NCBI GenBank assembly: GCA_035307285.1
Contig: DATGMS010000242.1
Coordinates: 1-42,205 of the forward strand
Direction of reading: 5' to 3'
DNA: 42,205 nt
Origin: Cyclobacteriaceae bacterium
Lineage (GTDB): Bacteria; Bacteroidota; Bacteroidia; Cytophagales; Cyclobacteriaceae
Part shown: positions 37,520-42,205 of the stretch, piece after piece
How positions within the stretch are numbered: the first letter of the stretch is position 1
Layout: each line of letters begins with the position of its first letter
Translations under genes and position numbers: made by a program
Notes under the pieces: model-generated
Told to the model about the DNA's origin: nothing
What the model saw: the letters and a program-made list of their open reading frames with translations, nothing else
Databases searched by the model: none

Positions 37520-37583
37520 GTAGACAGAAAGCCTGTTAAAAAGCTCAAATCCATTTGTCTCCCCTAATTGCCTTTCTGTCGAC
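37520..37583. repeat. Imperfect inverted repeat in the divergent promoter region
   Basis: GTAGACAGAAAGCC (37520-37533) matches the reverse complement of GCCTTTCTGTCGAC (37570-37583) at 12 of 14 positions. The core is a perfect 9-mer and the spacer is 36 nt. Confidence 0.6.
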
Positions 37584-37695
37584 AAATCCGCCAATCCTAT
37601 CTATTTTATTTTTTTATGCGCGTTGCAATATCTTATTTTGTTTCGATGTTAAATCAATCACTTTTCAGTACAAATGTTTAAATATAGATAAACCG

Positions 37696-40203
37696 ATGAA
37701 ACCCTATTATTTATTCTTCACGATTGCTGCATTATTGGTGCTTATCCCTTCTGCAGAAATATCAGCTCAACAAAGTTCTTCTGATGAGCAGGTTAACTAC
37801 CGGATTTCCGGTAGGGTAGTTGAAAAAGGTTCCGGCCAGCCGATCGCCTATGCGGCAGCGGTTTTGTTGGAAGAAGGCACAGGAAAGAATGTCACCGGTG
37901 GTGTGGCCGACGGTAATGGGGAGTTTTTTCTTACCGGTTTTAAGGAAGGAAACTATAAGCTTCAGGTAAGCTTTATGGGATATTTAACGCTGGAGCAGAA
38001 TGTTACGGTAACGGCAGGTTTAACGGCCGTTGAGTTGGGCAATCTCTCTCTTGAAGAAGAGTCCCTTACTCTTCAGGAAGTTACCGTTCAGGGTCAGCGC
38101 GACCTCATCGAGGAGCGGGTAGACCGGACAATCTACAATGCTGAAAATGACAAAACGACGATGGGCGGGGATGCTTCGGACGTACTCAGAAGAGTGCCGA
38201 TGTTGTCTGTTGATCTGGACGGAAATGTCTCCATGAGAGGCAGCCAAAATATCCGGGTGTTGATCGACAATAAGCCTTCTACCATAGCGGCGAGCAGCAT
38301 TGCCGATGCATTAAAGCAGATTCCAGCAGACGAAATCAAATCAGTGGAGGTAATCACTTCTCCTTCCGCAAAGTATGATGCCGAAGGCTCGGGAGGAATT
38401 ATCAATATCATTACCAAAAAGAACAACCTACAGGGAGCATCCTTGAGTATCAACAGTAGCGTAGGGATGAGAGGATCTAATCTGGGCTTAAATGCTGCTT
38501 TAAGAAGAGGCAAGATGGGCTTCACTTTAGGCGGCCAGGGCAGAGGCAGTTATAACGTGAACGGAGCTTTTGAGAATGAGCAGCAAGTGACAAATCCTGA
38601 CGGAAGTGTGGCAGACATCTTTCAAAGTGCGGGAACAAAGAGCAACATGTTGATGGGGCGTTATAACTTGGGTTGGGATTATGAAATCAACAAGTATAAT
38701 TGGATGTCAGCTTCTGTGGGTTATGGCTTGTTTAACTTCAAAAACAAACAAGACAATCTCCTGTCGGAAACCTATATGGACGAGATCTTGATCAACAGTC
38801 TGTTGAGGCAGGTGAATATGGACAACCTTTCCAATAACATTGATGTCAATTTTAATTATACAAGAACTTTCGAGAGGCCACAGAAGGAATTCAGCATCCT
38901 TGGATTGTATAGTAGGAACGACCGGACCAACGACTTTATCAACAGTCTTTTCAGCCAGGACTTTGAATTGATCGCCAGCAGGACCAAGAATGAAAACGCA
39001 AGCGACAACCAGGAGTTTACCCTTCAGTTTGATTACATCACGCCGATCGGATCGGGGGATAAACAAATATTGGAATATGGTGCCAAAAATATTTTGAGAA
39101 AAGCGACAAGTGATTATGCTTATTTCGTAGCAGACGGAGCCAGCGGTCCGTATGAGCAATTGGAAGATGTTCAGCTTTCTAATGAGTTCAATTATCAACA
39201 AAACGTAACTGCCGGTTATGTTTCCTATACTTTGGGTTTCCTGAATGACTATACCGTTAAGGGGGGATTGAGATATGAATACACCCATATTGATGCCGAC
39301 TTCAAGTCTGCGCAAACTGCGGAAATACCAGCTTACGGTACCCTAGTGCCCAGTTTAAACCTGAGCAGAAAGTTAAAAAGCGGGAATATGATCAAGCTTG
39401 CCTATAACCGCAGGATCCAGCGGCCTTCACTGCAGTTTTTAAATCCCAATATAGAAGCGTCCAACCCATTGCAGATTTCTCAAGGTAATCCGCTACTGGA
39501 CCCGGAATTCACGGATAACTATGAATTTGGTTACAATACTTTCTATAAAGTCGCTTCATTAAACCTTTCTGCCTTCTTTAGAAACAGTACTGGATCCATT
39601 CAATCGGTACGGACAGTGCAAGATGATGGGGTTATTTATTCTACTTTCGAAAATATCGGCAGCGAAAAAGCTTACGGTTTGAGCTTGTTTACCAATGTGA
39701 GCATCTCCAACAAATTTTCTTTGAACGGAGGGATCGACTCCTATTATTCTGTACTTGACAACAATCTTTCCGATCCTCTGTATAGGGCTTCAAACGAAGG
39801 ATTGGTGTTAAGCGGTAGACTGTTTGGTAATTACAATATTACCGATACTTGGGTAATCCAAGCTTTTGGATTTGCCAGAGGCAATAGGGTGCAGCTCCAA
39901 GGTTCACAAGGTGGCTTTAGGGTATATGGTCTGAATTTGAACAAAGAATTCATGAACAAAAAAGGAAGTATCGGTTTTGGGGCTGAGAACTTCCTTACCT
40001 CCGAATTTAAGATGCGCAACGAGGTCACCTCACCGACCATTACCCAAAAGAGCACCAATACCATGAGAAACATGAACTTCAAAATTAACTTTAGTTACAG
40101 GATTGGAAAAATGAGTGTCAGTACCCCAAGAAGAAAAAGATCAATAGATAATCAGGATCTTAAACAAGAGGGTGGAGGTACAGAAGGCGTCATGCCTAAT
40201 TAA
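37696..40203 (+). CDS. TonB-dependent outer-membrane receptor (CarboxypepD_reg-like N-domain + plug + barrel)
   Basis: Signal peptide from MKPYYLFFTIAALLVL. Motif ISGRVVEKGSGQPIAYAAV, a plug region, and a long beta-barrel. The track ORF extends 47 codons upstream. Confidence 0.85.
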   Translation: MKPYYLFFTIAALLVLIPSAEISAQQSSSDEQVNYRISGRVVEKGSGQPIAYAAAVLLEEGTGKNVTGGVADGNGEFFLTGFKEGNYKLQVSFMGYLTLEQNVTVTAGLTAVELGNLSLEEESLTLQEVTVQGQRDLIEERVDRTIYNAENDKTTMGGDASDVLRRVPMLSVDLDGNVSMRGSQNIRVLIDNKPSTIAASSIADALKQIPADEIKSVEVITSPSAKYDAEGSGGIINIITKKNNLQGASLSINSSVGMRGSNLGLNAALRRGKMGFTLGGQGRGSYNVNGAFENEQQVTNPDGSVADIFQSAGTKSNMLMGRYNLGWDYEINKYNWMSASVGYGLFNFKNKQDNLLSETYMDEILINSLLRQVNMDNLSNNIDVNFNYTRTFERPQKEFSILGLYSRNDRTNDFINSLFSQDFELIASRTKNENASDNQEFTLQFDYITPIGSGDKQILEYGAKNILRKATSDYAYFVADGASGPYEQLEDVQLSNEFNYQQNVTAGYVSYTLGFLNDYTVKGGLRYEYTHIDADFKSAQTAEIPAYGTLVPSLNLSRKLKSGNMIKLAYNRRIQRPSLQFLNPNIEASNPLQISQGNPLLDPEFTDNYEFGYNTFYKVASLNLSAFFRNSTGSIQSVRTVQDDGVIYSTFENIGSEKAYGLSLFTNVSISNKFSLNGGIDSYYSVLDNNLSDPLYRASNEGLVLSGRLFGNYNITDTWVIQAFGFARGNRVQLQGSQGGFRVYGLNLNKEFMNKKGSIGFGAENFLTSEFKMRNEVTSPTITQKSTNTMRNMNFKINFSYRIGKMSVSTPRRKRSIDNQDLKQEGGGTEGVMPN

Positions 40204-40263
40204 GATGGAGGACGTTATGTATATGTGTTGAGATGTGAGTATTGAGATATAAGAGTTAGTGGT

Positions 40264-40295
40264 AAAGCCAGGCTGCAATAGCGGTCTGGCTTTTT
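40264..40295 (+). terminator. Rho-independent terminator after the receptor gene
   Basis: aaaGCCAGGCtgcaatagcgGTCTGGCttttt. Confidence 0.75.
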
Positions 40296-40338
40296 CTATG
40301 GTCGCTTTTGATATTAGATGTTCGTGGGACATAGAACC

Positions 40339-40380
40339 AAAAAAAAGCCAGACTGCTGTAAAACGGTCTGGCTTTTATTT
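40339..40380. terminator. Second, near-identical hairpin (bidirectional), serving the PDH beta gene
   Basis: aaaaaaaaGCCAGACTGctgtaaaaCGGTCTGGCttttattt. Confidence 0.75.
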
Positions 40381-40395
40381 GAGCGGATGTTTATT

Positions 40396-41379
40396 CTATA
40401 ATTTATAGCAAACTTTTTTCACTGCTTCAACAGTTCTCTTTACGTTTGGCAATGTAGCTTCAATATAGGTAGGGGAATAGCTCAATGGAATATCCATGGA
40501 GTTAACCCTAAGCACAGGGGCATCCAGATAGTCGAAGGCATTCTTTTGGATCATAAACGCCATATCGGTTGCCAAAGATGAAATAGGGGTAGCTTCTTCC
40601 ACAATCACACAACGGTTGGTCTTTTTGACGGATTCTATGATCGTTGCATAATCGATAGGCCTTACCGTACGCAAGTCGATGACTTCCGCTTCTATGTTGT
40701 TTTCCTTGGCCAGCTGGTCCGCTGCCTGGAAGGCCACTTTCATCATTTTACCAAATGAAACAATTGTGACGTCTTTCCCTTTTCTTTTTACTTCTGCCAC
40801 TCCGATGGGCAATAAATATTCTCCTTCGGGAACTTCTCCTTTATCGGCATACATAAGCTCTGATTCCATAAAAATCACCGGATCATTATCACGGATCGAT
40901 GCTTTTAACAAGCCTTTGGCATCATAAGGATTGGAAGGAACCACTACTTTAAGGCCGGGGGTGTTGGCAAACCAGTTTTCGAAGTTCGAGGAGTGCGTGG
41001 CACCAAGCTGGCCCGCATTACCTGTAGGGCCTCTGAACACGATAGGAACACTGTATTGTCCACCGGACATCGCCAACATTTTGGCGGCAGAGTTGATGAT
41101 TTGATCAATGGCGACCAAAGAAAAGTTAAAGGTCATGAATTCAATGATGGGTCTCAGGCCGTTCATGGCTGCACCCACTCCAAGACCAGCAAATCCAAGC
41201 TCTGAAATAGGCGTGTCGATTACTCTATCAGGACCAAATTCATCTAACATGCCCTGACTGGCTTTGTAGGCGCCATTGTATTCAGCGACCTCTTCTCCCA
41301 TAAGAAATACGTTTTTGTCCCTTCTCATTTCTTCGGACATGGCATCCCTTATTGCATCTCTAAACTGTATTTCTTTCAT
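40396..41379 (-). CDS. pdhB: Pyruvate/2-oxoacid dehydrogenase E1 component beta subunit
   Basis: 327 aa. Motifs VIDTPISELGFAGLGVGAAMNGLRPI and GPTGNAGQLGATHS, plus a transketolase C-terminal domain. Confidence 0.9.
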   Translation of the reverse strand: MKEIQFRDAIRDAMSEEMRRDKNVFLMGEEVAEYNGAYKASQGMLDEFGPDRVIDTPISELGFAGLGVGAAMNGLRPIIEFMTFNFSLVAIDQIINSAAKMLAMSGGQYSVPIVFRGPTGNAGQLGATHSSNFENWFANTPGLKVVVPSNPYDAKGLLKASIRDNDPVIFMESELMYADKGEVPEGEYLLPIGVAEVKRKGKDVTIVSFGKMMKVAFQAADQLAKENNIEAEVIDLRTVRPIDYATIIESVKKTNRCVIVEEATPISSLATDMAFMIQKNAFDYLDAPVLRVNSMDIPLSYSPTYIEATLPNVKRTVEAVKKVCYKL

Positions 41380-41578
41380 TTAAGTACAAAATTTTGATTG
41401 TAAAAATATAAAGTTCTCCCTCAATTACCAAGTCCTGTTCTGTATTATCCGATGAAACTTAGAAAATCTGCTTTTTCGCCTCATGCTTCAATGAGTTGTC
41501 TACATGGTGGCTAGTTTTTTTGTTTCTTTGCGGGATAGAAGAAATGAAGAATCGTCCCACAACCCAACCAACAATCCA

Positions 41579-42073
41579 ATGGCGAAAATCGCACTGATTT
41601 CTGATTCACATAGCTTTATTGATAATAAGGTCCTTGCACATCTTGAGGAGGTGGATGAGATCTGGCATGCGGGGGATATCGGAAATGAAGCGGTAATTCA
41701 GGCTCTGCCCAAAGGGAAGGTGTTGCGGGTGGTGTTTGGAAATATTGACGATGCCCATGCGAGGATGCTGTATCCTGAGGAATTGTTTTTTGAAGTGGAA
41801 GGTATGAAAGTCTTAATGATCCATATTGGCGGAAAGCCTCCTTATTATGCAAAGGGAATAAGAAGCAAGATAGAAAAGATCAAGCCGGATCTATTTATCT
41901 GCGGCCATTCCCACATCTGCAAAGTGGAGTATGACCAGAAGATGAACTGTCTCTACATGAATCCTGGAGCTATCGGCATTCAGGGGTTCCATCAGATTAG
42001 GACTTTGCTGAAGTTTGATATAGAAGCGGGAAAAGCTAAAAACCTGCGGGTGGTGGAATTGGGTAAAAAATAA
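41579..42073 (+). CDS. YfcE/MJ0936-type metallophosphoesterase
   Basis: Motifs IALISDSH, HAGD, GNID and CGHSH. I use the ATG at 41579 rather than the track start at 41504. Confidence 0.85.
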   Translation: MAKIALISDSHSFIDNKVLAHLEEVDEIWHAGDIGNEAVIQALPKGKVLRVVFGNIDDAHARMLYPEELFFEVEGMKVLMIHIGGKPPYYAKGIRSKIEKIKPDLFICGHSHICKVEYDQKMNCLYMNPGAIGIQGFHQIRTLLKFDIEAGKAKNLRVVELGKK

Positions 42074-42076
42074 AAT

Positions 42077-42109
42077 AAAAATGGCAATGAAATCGTCATG
42101 GCCATTTTT
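42077..42109. terminator. Bidirectional terminator
   Basis: aaaaatggc (42077-42085) pairs with gccattttt (42101-42109), with an inner atga/tcat pairing. Confidence 0.65.
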
Positions 42110-42135
42110 ATATCTTATTGAAGACTAAGAACTTT

Positions 42136-42205
42136 TTATTTTGCATCAGCAAAACCTTTCTTCAGTTCTTCTACATCCACATTTTTAATTACAGGTTGAG
42201 CGCTC
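42136..42205 (-). CDS. C-terminal fragment of an unidentified CDS running off the window
   Basis: The minus strand reads …SAQPVIKNVDVEELKKGFADAK*. The stop is at 42136-42138 and a terminator lies just downstream. The fragment is too short to name. Confidence 0.3.
   Translation of the reverse strand, partial: SAQPVIKNVDVEELKKGFADAK

Noticed and set aside
37555-37695. N-terminal extensions of track ORFs from upstream alternative starts: 37555, 32943, 26564, 17721, 41504, 30234 and 29357
   Set aside because: In each case an internal ATG starts exactly at the conserved N-terminus or signal peptide (e.g. MKPYYLFF…, MKIKHYLCYF…, MKKILIIDDE, MKIDLIAGARPNF, MAKIALISDSH). The extension has odd composition or overlaps upstream elements.
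37417-37695. Possible cobalamin or TPP riboswitch upstream of the TonB-dependent receptor
   Set aside because: AGACAGAAAGCCTG vaguely recalls a B12 box. However, the other conserved cobalamin-aptamer elements and the TPP CUGAGA/ACCUGA motifs are absent. I therefore report the region only as an inverted repeat.
38707-39315. 202-aa minus-strand ORF, together with 38133..38525, inside the TonB-dependent receptor gene
   Set aside because: They are antisense to a long barrel-protein CDS and show no independent signals.
1-42205. tRNA, rRNA, tmRNA, RNase P, SRP RNA, CRISPR arrays and IS elements
   Set aside because: An eye scan of all intergenic regions over 80 bp found no T-loop GGTTCGAATCC-type motifs, no RNase P or SRP signature boxes, no regularly spaced direct repeats and no transposase-like ORFs. 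Absence cannot be proven without tRNAscan-SE or Infernal.

Overview
The window looks like a Bacteroidota (Cytophagia/Cyclobacteriaceae-like) chromosome segment. Supporting signs are the DUF4290-murA pairing, a CarboxypepD_reg-type TonB-dependent receptor, many lipoproteins and few Shine-Dalgarno sites. It is mostly densely packed core genes: a 5'-truncated SAM-I riboswitch followed by a split metH and metF; dprA/MerR/M23 peptidase divergent from alaS; gatB and a TlpA-like oxidoreductase; wecB; DUF4290-murA; a UvrD/PcrA helicase; an ECF sigma/anti-sigma pair with gmk and nadD; guaD; a LytS/LytTR two-component system beside a TonB-dependent receptor; PDH E1-beta; and a metallophosphoesterase. 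I saw no rRNA, tRNA, CRISPR array, transposase, integrase or recognisable defence gene. The most interesting stretch is 13295-17659, a translationally coupled four-gene operon. All four products are exported proteins of unknown function that appear (by-eye alignment) to share one paralogous module, and the last one is fused to three complete LRR units. Secondary points: (a) an orphan sigma-54 activator flanked by small stress-protein genes, with a near-consensus -24/-12 promoter in front of csbD and a 52-aa lmo0937-type gene missing from the ORF track; (b) a terminator-bounded pocket (18885-21381) holding two orphan lipoprotein genes, a 518-bp non-coding spacer and a G8 tract inside one gene; (c) candidate leader/sRNA-like hairpin+U-tract elements at about 19878-19946 and 33001-33060; (d) a soluble RsrA-like anti-sigma factor lacking the canonical His; (e) MurA with Asp at the fosfomycin-target Cys position. 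All product calls rest on motifs read from the supplied translations. No database search was run.
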